A program made the position numbers and the translations under genes. 64,000 bases of DNA from Laetmonice hystrix (Eukaryota). Below the pieces are notes generated by a model. The model worked only from the letters and a program-made list of their open reading frames with translations, was not told where the DNA came from and did no database searches. This document shows positions 51,191-62,289 of this stretch, in pieces. How positions within the stretch are numbered: the stretch's first letter is position 1; each line of letters begins with the position of its first letter. The DNA is taken from positions 58,280,001 to 58,344,000 of the forward strand of contig OZ249436.1 in the NCBI GenBank assembly GCA_965235115.1, read 5' to 3'.

Positions 51191-54100
51191 CTGTAGCAGG
51201 GTCAGACGAGGCTGGCGGGGGTCGAGGGGAGGTTGTGTCTCTATATTAATACGCTTGCACCCGTCCTAACCTAGTCATTTACACAACTATCCATCACAAA
51301 TTGCACTCCCATGCCCCAGCCCTGAAGCCGGATTGATCCAAGGTCATTATATGACCGCCGATCACGCCGCCTGTAACATGGCACCAACTTTTTCTCTCTC
51401 TGCAATACGGAATGGTACGATTCTAGTCGAGAACGGCGGACGTCCTGCCTCGGCACTGGAGAGGACGGAAAATGTGCAAAGGCCAATACTGCAACCACGT
51501 ACGCCCTGCCTTTCCCATGAATAAGTGACAACAAATTTCCTGTGACTCCCCAAAACAAAGTCATGCTAAGGTTAAGTCTGCCACCTAGCATACGTTCTGA
51601 GAACTCATTGTTGAGAATGTTGCCATAGATCACGCTGCATGGCGCGAAGAGCTAAACAAAACTCTAAATCGCACCTTTTCGTTTTGGCAATGTATGTTGG
51701 GGTAATGTCCTCAAATCCGAATAGCCCTTTTCCTGTTCCGGTAAGAATTTATGTAAACTAGTGGGTAGGCCTACCTTTAATAGTGGCAAAGGTTATAAAA
51801 TATATTTTTTACAAGGTTATTGCCCTAACCCCGTGAGTAAAACTGACCATCGACATCGATATGCCCCTGGCTGTTTTTGAAGCTTAAATCCCTAATCGCA
51901 ACCTAGACATAACATAATGCTATAATACTTACATATCCTTGCACTGCATTATCTTATAACTCTATTTTCAAAAAAATGCAGTTATCTTATTTTTAAATGA
52001 CACTCTGACATGCGATACATGCAAGCGAAGTGTGCGTGTATACAGGAACACGTAGAGAACTGACGGATGGTGTTTACGTATCAACAAGTAATGTGATGCA
52101 GCAATACAAAGCTGAACTGGTCCCATACAACTATTAGAGACCTATGTCTCTTGGCTTCATTGTTCCTTTTCAGATGCTTGTGCAGAAGCCTTCCTGACCT
52201 CCCAATCAAGGACGTCCATGTGTTAGACTTCTTGACGTCAGAAAGGCATTATGACACGATTTAAAATGTTGCTATTATCGCTGCAAACACTCGATGGACT
52301 TGTTTGCATCCAGACAGTACCTAAATGACACTACCGGGGTATATAAATTTCCAGGGAAAAGCTTTAAATCCAAATTATACATCGTCTCATATTCTTACAA
52401 CTTTGGGACCTTACAGGAGATGTGGTTGTTCTATGACGGTGGAATTTCAGTGGCGCACCTGACAGCTGTTTCATAACACTTCAGTCAGTCTCAGATGTCT
52501 GTCTGTACAACACAAGTCTGGATGATGACAAAAAACTGCTACTCGAACATTGCTGCTGCCTCCATTACCAGGCGACACACAGCTCACCACGACATATACT
52601 GGTACTAGTTTCGCTTACTACGCAATACTTCACTGTGTTGGAACGCTAATGTAATAGCAGAATACCAATATTATTTTTATCAATCAGTTTTTATGCGTAG
52701 CAGTCTGGTGTTTTTTTCTAATTTGATGAAGGATAAGGAACCCTCTTTGTTTACCCACAAAAAAAGCGAAATCGCTTAATGCTATAGAAATAACAAAAAC
52801 CCGATATATCTTCTGTGCACGAATTCATCTGTCTATGGATGGTAGGGGCCAATGTTTGGCGTGTGATATTTGCAAGAGGTCCGACGGAGCGAATTTATAT
52901 GTCCTTCCCAAGGTTGTTCCGCTAATATATGCTGTCTTTAGTAAGATATCGCGTCGTTTTACAAAGATATGTCGCAGAAAAAACTAGCCGTATAGGAAAA
53001 AAGAACTAAAATAAAAGCATGGAGCAGATTCTGTGAACTGTTGAAATACAGACTCCACCTGTGTGGGAATGAATTGTTTCTTCAGGTCTACATTAATATA
53101 ATCACCTCTCCCATATTAACCTAATGATATATCTTGTTTCCCCTCAGTCCCCTTTCTCTCGGGCTTCATGAGGGATTCAATGATAGAAACCAGAAAGTGA
53201 AAAAATACTCTTGGTGATGTTTGTTTCAAAGCCATCCATAGATTTTTTGTTCTTCCTGCCGGTATCATTCCATTTAAATCGGGTGACTTTTATTTCGTGG
53301 TAATAAATCATGGTTGGTACACCCCAGAGAACATGAAAATCCAGGCAACTCCAGGCTCCATGTTGATTGTGGATAAAATACCAGCATTTTCTTGTCACAA
53401 AATATTCTTAATTAATTTTCACTTCATGGACATCCATGGATTTTCCAATCATACAAATGAAGCTACATAAATTCACCAATCGAGCCAGTGATTCTTGTAT
53501 GTTGAAAACATAAATTCCAGGGCTCTCTCAGAAATTTGTTATTTGAGGAAAAATGTCAAGACTTCTGACGGCATAGAATAACGATTTTTAAAATTCCAGT
53601 ACATTTGAGAAAATCCAGGCCACGTGAAATGTAGTCACCTTCTCCGTGGTTTTATGTCTTCTCATATTATGCAGACTCGCACGATTTTATTACCATACTA
53701 GGACAGACTGGTGTGAAGCGACTTATCTTGTAACTCTGTCCGGCGGCCCAAGATCAAGAACCATCATAAATACCACTTGGGAGAGGTCATTGCCAATTCT
53801 GCCCTATGATACTGAAAAATACGTAGTGTAGGTAGGTTTGAATATTACACAATCAAAAAGGCAACATTAATTATCAAATAGTTGTGGGTTTGATCACTAA
53901 ATTAATACCAATTTCTCTAAATAGAAAATATCACAATTGTCAAAAATGCACTTTTCGATGGTTCGAATCTAACATGTTTCGTCACTTAAACTTGAAAAAA
54001 GTGTTTCTTTCCAAATTGCCCCTATATTGATTGAGGCAATAAATTACTCAACCCCTAAAAAATTGTATCCTATCCCGCCTTTCAGTTAGCAGGGATGGCA

Positions 54101-55499
54101 ATTAGATCTTGACAATGAGTACCAATTGTGTATTTAAATTAGACACTGACATTTTGATTGGTTGACACACAATATCATTTTCAGAAAAGTATACGAAAAG
54201 AGAAAAGAACAATGTCAGGAAGGTCTTGAGATCTTGAAAGTAATCAAGCTGACTCTGCACTTGGTTAAGTCTATCCACTTAACAGCGTCAGGAACATCGA
54301 GTGGCTTTTAGCTAATTACACAAAATGCACAAGGCAAGCAGACAATCCCGATAGACCATTTTTCCAAAGTGAACTGCTGTAGTTTTAGCTGTAGTACTAA
54401 CTTTCTTTCACTCATACGGACTTCTGATTTCTGCGCGGTCACACTCAGTAAATTATAGAAACGGCCTCCCGGTCGGTAACCTGAGCAGTGAAATGTACAA
54501 AGAGAGTGACCAGATTACGGGATGCCAGTCTTCCTCATGTGTGCAGTATCCAATCTCCTCGGGGAAGACCCTTCAACTGGTGTACATTGTATTCGTGAAG
54601 GTAATACCTTTCAGAAAGACATCTTTATACACACGGGATAAGTTATCCGTCATCTGACACGGCACCAAATGCTGCACAAAAAGCCTGTTGGAGGATTATA
54701 TTAACACAATTATTAAAATGGGCCCTGATTATGACTGACTGATTTAGTGTTAGATTCAGATTGTGCCTGGATTTCACTGTCTGAAAGCGATGAGGTCATG
54801 ATATGGAGCATGTAGAGTGAGCGTAAATTGGCAGAGCTGGAGTCGTGCAGGAGTTTCTAGTCTGGACCCCTGGCAGCTCCGGACCCGGTGATAAATCGGC
54901 AAGACTTTCCTTACACCCCAACTTCATCCACACAATTTGCCTGCGAACATCAGCGGCTGACTGCAGCAACAGCAGCCTCCCGAGGCAATCTTGTAGCCGA
55001 GGTAATCCTCCAGCAGCGTCAGCAGAGAAAGGAATAGCTTCTCATGACGGAATGCAAACCGTTTTTTATTTCACCCTTTTTTGCCAGCTTTTTCTTTTCT
55101 TAAGTCTTGGTGAGATTAGTAAACCACCCCGGCTTGACCCAGTGGCTGACAGCGCTGACGGTTTATGGGGTAATTGTGGCGGTCTTACAACAGACCCAGG
55201 TGTGATTTACCACAGCGAGTGGTCCAGCCGACCGCCCACAACCTCCAGTTATCATGTACTTGGCCCCATCTTTCACTGCCCCAACAACTCTCTTTAACTG
55301 TTGTTAGGTTTTACTGGGGTCGCGCGTCATTTCCTTCCTGTTCCACCATTATTCTGCTGCATGTTGGTAACCTTCAATTAACATAGGAGGGCTGCGAAAC
55401 CCTACATCAAGCATTCGCAGAAGGGTCTGGCTCCTGTACATACAGACGTGTACAGCAACAAGAACAGCTCGTGACCAGCGGGTATTCCCGCAAGATTCA

Positions 55500-55671
55500 G
55501 TAGAAACGAGCAGCAGGTTCGTTTGGTTTTATTCCGTGAGACGTGCTCACAGTGAGCAAGCTCACAGGGGAAAAACCCGATAACGGTGAGCATGAGCTCA
55601 TGCTCACCCATATTCAGCTCAGCTCAGCTCAGCCTTGCTCAGGGTGGAAAAGTAAGCAAAACCGGGCCCTG
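55500..55671. mobile_element. One-ended PIF/Harbinger-type MITE fragment
   Basis: Right terminus AAAACCGGGCC|CTG; subterminal GCTCAC/GCTCAG repeats; perfect 24-bp palindrome at 55585-55608. Left terminus not found, so the left boundary is approximate. Confidence 0.6.
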
Positions 55672-55989
55672 AACAGGTAGCAGCTGGGAAACAGGTCTAT
55701 CAGCCAAATGGCTTCTCCTGATTATCTAGATTCACATTTACGGGCCAGCAAAACTTTTGGACTGTTCGTCTCTCTTTGAAGTTTTGGACTTCCAGTTGAT
55801 TTACGACCTGACGTTAGGCAAGGAAGAATAGATCTCCATTACTTCAAGCATGTTCTGCACTCAAATGGGACGGAGAAGAGGCTTTCGGTTTTCGTCCCAG
55901 GGAATGAGTCCGGGAGCGCTCTTCCACCGTAAAAGTGCTCGGACCATTACGATTATTTGAACACTCTTCTGACCATTTAATGTCACCTG

Positions 55990-56119
55990 GGCCCAAGTCG
56001 TAAAAACGTAAGTTCCTTCTTAAGCTTAAGCTTAATGCTTCTGATTGGCCGATCTGCCTAGACCAGCCAATCAGAAGCGTTAAGCTTAAGCAAGATCTTA
56101 AGTTTTTACAAACTGGGCC
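55990..56119. mobile_element. Complete 130-bp palindromic PIF/Harbinger-type MITE with CTG target duplication
   Basis: CTG|GGCCCAAGTCGTAAAAACGTAAG...CTTAAGTTTTTACAAACTGGGCC|CTG, with inner arms cttaagcttaa.gcttctgattggc and gccaatcagaagc.ttaagcttaag. A 3-bp CWG TSD is known for some Harbinger families. Confidence 0.88.
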
Positions 56120-56551
56120 CTGAGATCGCGTTCCTTATCTCTCCACTACTGTCCCCTGGTGTCAAAGCCAGGAATCTCCCTATATTACTCGATACACAGC
56201 ACGGACAAAAGTCCAACATGAAGGGGACGACGACCATACAGTGGCCTCAGCTGTCTGTTAAACTTGACTACAACAGCTCCCTGCTCACGGTTAGCCAGCA
56301 ATCTCCATGCTGGTCAGAGCTGACTGACTACCATCGTCCAGCCTCAGTAAGACCAGCACATCTGGAGGACGGGTATGACCTGTGATATTGATGACCACCT
56401 CCCCCTACCCCCAGCTGAGCGCCACTCCCACCTTCACCCCCGGGTGACAAGATAACAGGCGATCTGACGGTTTAAGAGGCGCCGAGTGCAGACGGTGGTG
56501 ACGAGCAAGTCCGGCTGGCAGCGCTTACACCATATGTTGTGGTCAGCTGGG

Positions 56552-57336
56552 TGCTACCAGTTTACAACAAGACCACCTGTACCAGGGTGTTTGTGTGCTA
56601 CTAGTTTACAACAAGACCACCTGTACCAGGGTGTTTGTGTGCTACCAGTTTACAACAAGACCACCTGTACCAGGGTGTTTGTGTGCTACCAGTTTACAAC
56701 AAGACCACCTGTACCAGGGTGTTTGTGTGCTACCAGTTTACAACAAGACCACCTGTACCAGGGTGTTTGTGTGCTACCAGTTTACAACAAGACCACCTGT
56801 ACCAGGGTGTTTGTGTGCTACCAGTTTACAACAAGACCACCTGTACCAGGGTGTTTGTGTGCTACCAGTTTACAACAAGACCACCTGTACCAGGGTGTTT
56901 GTGTGCTACTAGTTTACAACAAGACCACCTGTACCAGGGTGTTTGTGTGCTACTAGTTTACAACAAAACCACCTGTACCAGGGTGTTTGTGTGTTACTAG
57001 TTTACAACAAAACCACCTGTACCAGGGTGTTTGTGTGCTACTAGTTTACAACAAAACCACCTGTACCAGGGTGTTTGTGTGCTACTAGTTTACAACAAGA
57101 CCACCTGTACCAGGGTGTTTGTGTGCTACCAGTTTACAACAAGACCACCTGTACCAGGGTGTTTGTGTGCTACTAGTTTACAACAAAACCACCTGTACCA
57201 GGGTGTTTGTGTGTTACTAGTTTACAACAAGACCACCTGTACCAGGGTGTTTGTGTGCTACTAGTTTACAACAAGACCACCTGTACCAGGGTGTTTGTGT
57301 GCTACTAGTTTACAACAAAACCACCTGTACCAGGGT
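56552..57336 (+). repeat. 44-bp minisatellite, ~18 copies
   Basis: Unit TGCTAC(C/T)AGTTTACAACAA(G/A)ACCACCTGTACCAGGGTGTTTGTG. The ACTAG and AAAACC variants are concentrated in the distal half. Confidence 0.99.
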
Positions 57337-59817
57337 CTGTGTACGACACCTGAGGTCGGAGGGACAGAGCCGAACCACGGCACAGATTATCTAGTGCCAA
57401 CTAAACGAGCGCGGACTCTCCAAACCTCAATCTTAATCATGGTTAGCTCACGACTTAAATCAGCATTATTTAGTATTTACAGCCATAGATCTTCAGGCGC
57501 TGCAGATCACATTTTATTTACTTACTTATTATAATCATTCATTCGTTCAGTTATATATTTATTTGTTTATTTATTGATATTTTATGACCTCTGACTCTGC
57601 CCTGGAGTATCCTGTCTTGGCGTTATGGCCTGTAAGGCAGGGATGCGGTCTAACGTCGAATAGTAGGAGCCTCCAAAATGTTCCGCCTTTCGCTTAGCTG
57701 GACACCAAAGTGTAGCGTGTTCACCATGCTCTGGACCATTCCAGGACCTTCCAGACCTTTGTACTCTTCCAAAGCATTCCATCACCACCTTATGGTCTAC
57801 ACTTGATAAAGTAGCCACGAATCCAAACTCACCTAGAATTGCCCTCAGTGGCAAGCGGACCACAGATTATTGACGACATTGCATGTCAAGAGAGCATGTC
57901 ATGTAGCTTGTACCATTTATAAAGCCCGACACGTGCTTATCTGTCGTACCCCATTTAGAGCGACTCCTCTTCGACAAAAAAAGAAATATTTTATGCAGAA
58001 ATCCTCCACTCCTGGCATCACTGCTGCCAACAGTAGTCTTTGAGAATTAATCGTTTTTCTTTTGTTTATGGAGATCTTTTTAACCGATGAATGTATCAAT
58101 TTAGCATTGAGTAGAGTTGAGTAATATACATGGCCAACGAATCACTAGCGTAGACTGTGAAACCGAGTCTTAGAGGCAATGTACGTTCCCACCATCAACC
58201 CAATTACCTCAACATGGTTTTTACACTGCACTTTAATACAACACTTGCCTGTATTAGATGACGAGATTGAATATGTAAGTATATGTGAGACGAGGCCAAA
58301 GTCAACCTTATCGGCCCGAGAATGCAAATTTGAACGATAAAATCATAAAAGGTATGACGAAAGATCTACATGTAACTAATGCAATACATGTATATCGTTT
58401 CTACAACTGCCAACCGAATGTTTGGTCTCTAAAAAAATTGAATATGTAATTAAAGTACATGGCATGTCAATGGCGTACAGCCTTTATCAGCATACCGCAT
58501 CTGCAAATTGTTCTAACATACATGACCCATTACCTTTAGCAGCCTGCCGTGTTTGCAATAATAAAAACAATGGAATCACTGAGCGAGTGTGTGCCAGACA
58601 TGCAGAAGCTGGCTTGAGAGAGTTGTGCATGGGTAGCATGTCAAAACGATGTGCATTACCAGACAGTACTACCAGAGTCCGCGAAATCCTAAATACAGAA
58701 CCCTGGATAGGTCAACAGTTCGTGGGGGGGGGGGGTCCTTTTATTATTTCAGCCTTCAAAACAATATTTTGTCAACGTTAAAGAGCAATTCTAAAACAAC
58801 CTAAAAGCAGAGTGTTTTAAGTATCACCTCTAGCTTTTACCTTCATACACAGTTTCCAGAGGCATAACATTTCAAGAATGCCATACTGAGATCGATCAAT
58901 GCGCTAAAAAAAACTCACAAGGGAATGTAACGGCTATTATTCTTCAATCATGGCTTGAATTTGTCCGACAAACTTGGGAGGAATTGAAGAAAAACAGCAT
59001 TGGGAGAGGAATGATTTTGATTTGGTATTAGTACTTGTGACGCTGAGAGACCATGATATATCCTGAGGGACCTCAGTGACGGGGCATACAGTGGCAGGGT
59101 GCGCCCGCCCACAGCACACCGCCCTAATAGGAGAACCTCCACACCAGCCCAGGCCCGTCCCGCGGCCACATCAAAGTGACATTTTCCTCAGCGCATGCTA
59201 GCAAAGAACACACTAACTCCTCAGACAGAGGCCAGCTCTGGCTCACCAGAGTCTTATGCACATCTGTGTCATCTTGGAAGTCTTGCTGGAATGGCACGTG
59301 CCACCCGAGTCTAGAGCCAAGCCATGCGTCTGGCTTGATGCCATTGTCTTCGCTAGATGATGATCGTCGACACTCGGGGACCCTGCCACTGATTTAAAGA
59401 AGGACAAACGCCTACAGACCTAAATAATTCACGTGTCAGTATATCTGTGCATGCCAGCACCCATTTTCTGATCAATCCTAATTAAGACTAACCAATCTAT
59501 AAACAAGGATAAATAAGGCGGGCAATGTCCAAACAACATAGCCTTAACACGACGGTTTCTCATTGCGCCATTGTGTTGCTCGGTGATCGTTCTATGGTTC
59601 ATCGTTTGTGAAGTTTGAATACTATCCTTTAGAAGTACTAAGTTTCTGAGGGATCAGGTGGTTATTTTTGTGTTATACGTTGATGCTTGTTAAATGGAAA
59701 ACATATTAGTATTTTCAGAGAAATCGGCTATTGGTGGCCTCCCCGGGGTCGTGACTGAGCCAGCCCTTCTATGTGTCTGGCTGAATGGCAATCAGTGCAC
59801 AATCATTACTGTCCCTA

Positions 59818-60740
59818 CTGTCCCAGACCCACACCTGTCTCAAACCGGCTGCCATCTTTGATCCATTCTGTCCAAGGCCCATCTGTCTCAAACCGACTGC
59901 CATATCTGATTTCTCCTGTCCCAGACCCAAACCTGTCTCAAACCGCCTGCCATCTCTGATCCATTCTGTCCCAGACCCACACCTGTCTCAAACCGACTGC
60001 CATCTCTGATCCATTATGTCCCAGACCCACACCTGTCTCAAACCGACTGCCATCTCTGATCCATTCTGTCCCAGACCCACACCTGTCTCAAAACCGACTG
60101 CCATCTCTGATCCCTCCTGTCCCAGACCTACACCTGTCTCAAACAGACTGCCATCTCTGATCTCTCCTGTCCCAGACCCACACCTGTGTCAAACCGACTG
60201 CCATCTCTGATCCCTCCTGTCCCAGACCTACACCTGTCTCAAACAGACTGCCATCTCTGATCCATTCTGTCCCAGACCCACACCTGTCTCAAACCGACTG
60301 CCATCTCTGATCTCTCCTGTCCCAGACCCACACCTGTCTCAAACCGGCTGCCATCTCTGATCCCTCCTGTCCCAGACCCACACCTGTGTCAAACCGACTG
60401 CCATCTCTGATCCCTCCTGTCCCAGACCTACACCTGTCTCAAACAGACTGCCATCTCTGATCCCTCCTTCCCATCCTGTCTCAAACCACCTGCTCAAACC
60501 GCCTGCCATCTCTGATCCATACTGTCCAAGACCCACAGATTGCCCCAGACTGACCATCATCTATGATCCTTCTCTCTCAGACTGACCACCGTCTCTGATC
60601 CTCACTGTCCCACACCCACACCCCTACTGTTCCAGCCGCAGACGGACTGCCATCTATAAACCTTACTTTCTCAGACTTATTGCCAGTCTCACAAGGACTG
60701 TCATCTCTGATCTCTACAGTGTCCCAGACCTCTGGACTCT
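59818..60740 (+). repeat. 50-bp minisatellite, ~13 good copies to ~60470, then a degenerate tail
   Basis: Unit CTGTCCCAGACCCACACCTGTCTCAAACCGACTGCCATCTCTGATCCATT, with ccatt, tctc and ccctc end variants. Diverged relics continue to ~60740. Confidence 0.97.
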
Positions 60741-61374
60741 GGACAGCTAACTCGTATCCCAGAAACCTTCCGGCATCGATCCTCTTCATGAGGCTGCCGT
60801 GCTGCCTGACCAAATAGCTGCTACTCATAACAACGGGCTGCATATAGCAGTGGAAGAATTGTGAAGAGGCGATTCCCTGATAGGAGGATTGGTGGCAATC
60901 TGCAAAGCTTTACTAGCCTGATACCTGGCCCAGTCTGACCATTACTGGTCAGACAGATGTACCTCCTTATCGGACTTAGTGGCCTCACCACTAATCCTCA
61001 TACCAGTTATGATTGGAAGCTTAACAGCCTTTTTATTTGCCAGTATGACGGTTTGCAATATTCATCAACATTCTATGCGACTGAGGCAGAATCATTCAAC
61101 ATCTCATATGCTAAATATTCAAAATATTCCTTGTTTTAAAAACTGTCCATTTAAACCACTCCCTCAACTGAAGCATGAAATTAAATTTACCTTTTCATAG
61201 ATCTTCCTGACAATGACAAGAACTCCGTTATCAGTCTAATGGTTTTCAACTCACATGATTCAAAGTCTCCACAGACATCGGCAGTGTCATCCTAACCGTG
61301 TCGATTTAGTCCAAAGTAGGCCTATATCTCTATTTGGTCTCATTTCTTTTCTCCATGAGCTCTCGCATAGAAGT

Positions 61375-62289
61375 ATGCTGGAGAGGACATCTCTCAGAGC
61401 CGCTGCCAAGAGTGGTGGCTTCCTGGGTCTTCTCTTCGCAAAAACACCCTGATCACCAAGGCTGCCAGTACACATCAAACATCTCCGCATCTCTGTGATG
61501 CTCACTGGATGCCCCCCCCCCCCCTCCCCGCCCGTGTGGATGATCCCTGCCGGTGAGTTATCTTTGTCGTGTGAGTGGTCGCATGTCAGAGTGAATGACA
61601 CCATGGGTCTATAGGAGCCATGTCTTATCATCACATACTGATCGCTGGTCTCCACATTATTGTACTCATCACAAAGGGTGGGGCTCTTACTAACGGCAAT
61701 TGATGATGATAAACTATAGCGAGATACACGCGTTACAGGCCTGGGGCCCGTTGCATAAAAAAATCCCCGCCCGCTACGTCAAACTGCCCCGTTAAAATAG
61801 CGGGCACCTTTTAGGTGCCCGTTAAAAAACAACAGTTAACGGGAACTGTAGCGGGTGGGAATTTATTATGCAACGCAACATCCCGTTAACTGACCGTTAG
61901 CGGAGGATTTAACGGGCGGGTTTTTTTATGCAACGCGTGTATCTCGCTATAGTTTATCATCATCAATTGCCGTTAGTAAGAGCCTCACCCTTTGTGATGA
62001 GTACAATAATGTGGAGACCAGCGATCAGTATGTGATGATAAGACATGGCTCCTATAGACCCATGGTGTCATTCACTCTGACATGCGACCACTCACACGAC
62101 AAAGATAACTCACCGGCAGGGATCATCCGCACGGGCGGGGAGGGGGGGGGGGCATCCAGTGAGCATCACAGAGATGCGGAGATGTTTGATGTGTACTGGC
62201 AGCCTTGGTGATGAGGGTGTTTTTGCGAAGAGAAGACCCAGGAAGCCACCACTCTTGGCAGCGGCTCTGAGAGATGTCCTCTCCAGCAT
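61375..62289. repeat. Near-perfect ~360-bp inverted duplication (61375-61734 and 61932-62289)
   Basis: The arms differ by three substitutions and a 2-nt poly-C/G length difference. ORFs 61287..61655(-) and 62011..62211(+) begin with the same peptide. Confidence 0.98.
61744..61935. mobile_element. PIF/Harbinger-type MITE with truncated right TIR, at the centre of the inverted duplication
   Basis: CTG|GGGCCCGTTGCATAAAAAAA...TTTTTTTATGCAACG, lacking the terminal GGCCC|CTG. Internal hairpin cgggcacct/aggtgcccg at 61801-61821 and an extra ttatgcaacgc subrepeat. Confidence 0.85.

Noticed and set aside
53960-53970. Pol III B-box-like GGTTCGAATC
   Set aside because: No A-box at a suitable distance and no cloverleaf; not a tRNA or a clear SINE.
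56486-57534. Cys-rich repeat ORFs (CYQFTTRPPVPGCLCATS...)
   Set aside because: Translations of the 44-bp minisatellite.
1-60470. CRISPR interpretation of the 37-50 bp repeats
   Set aside because: Units are directly adjacent with no unique spacers, there are no cas genes, and the context is eukaryotic.
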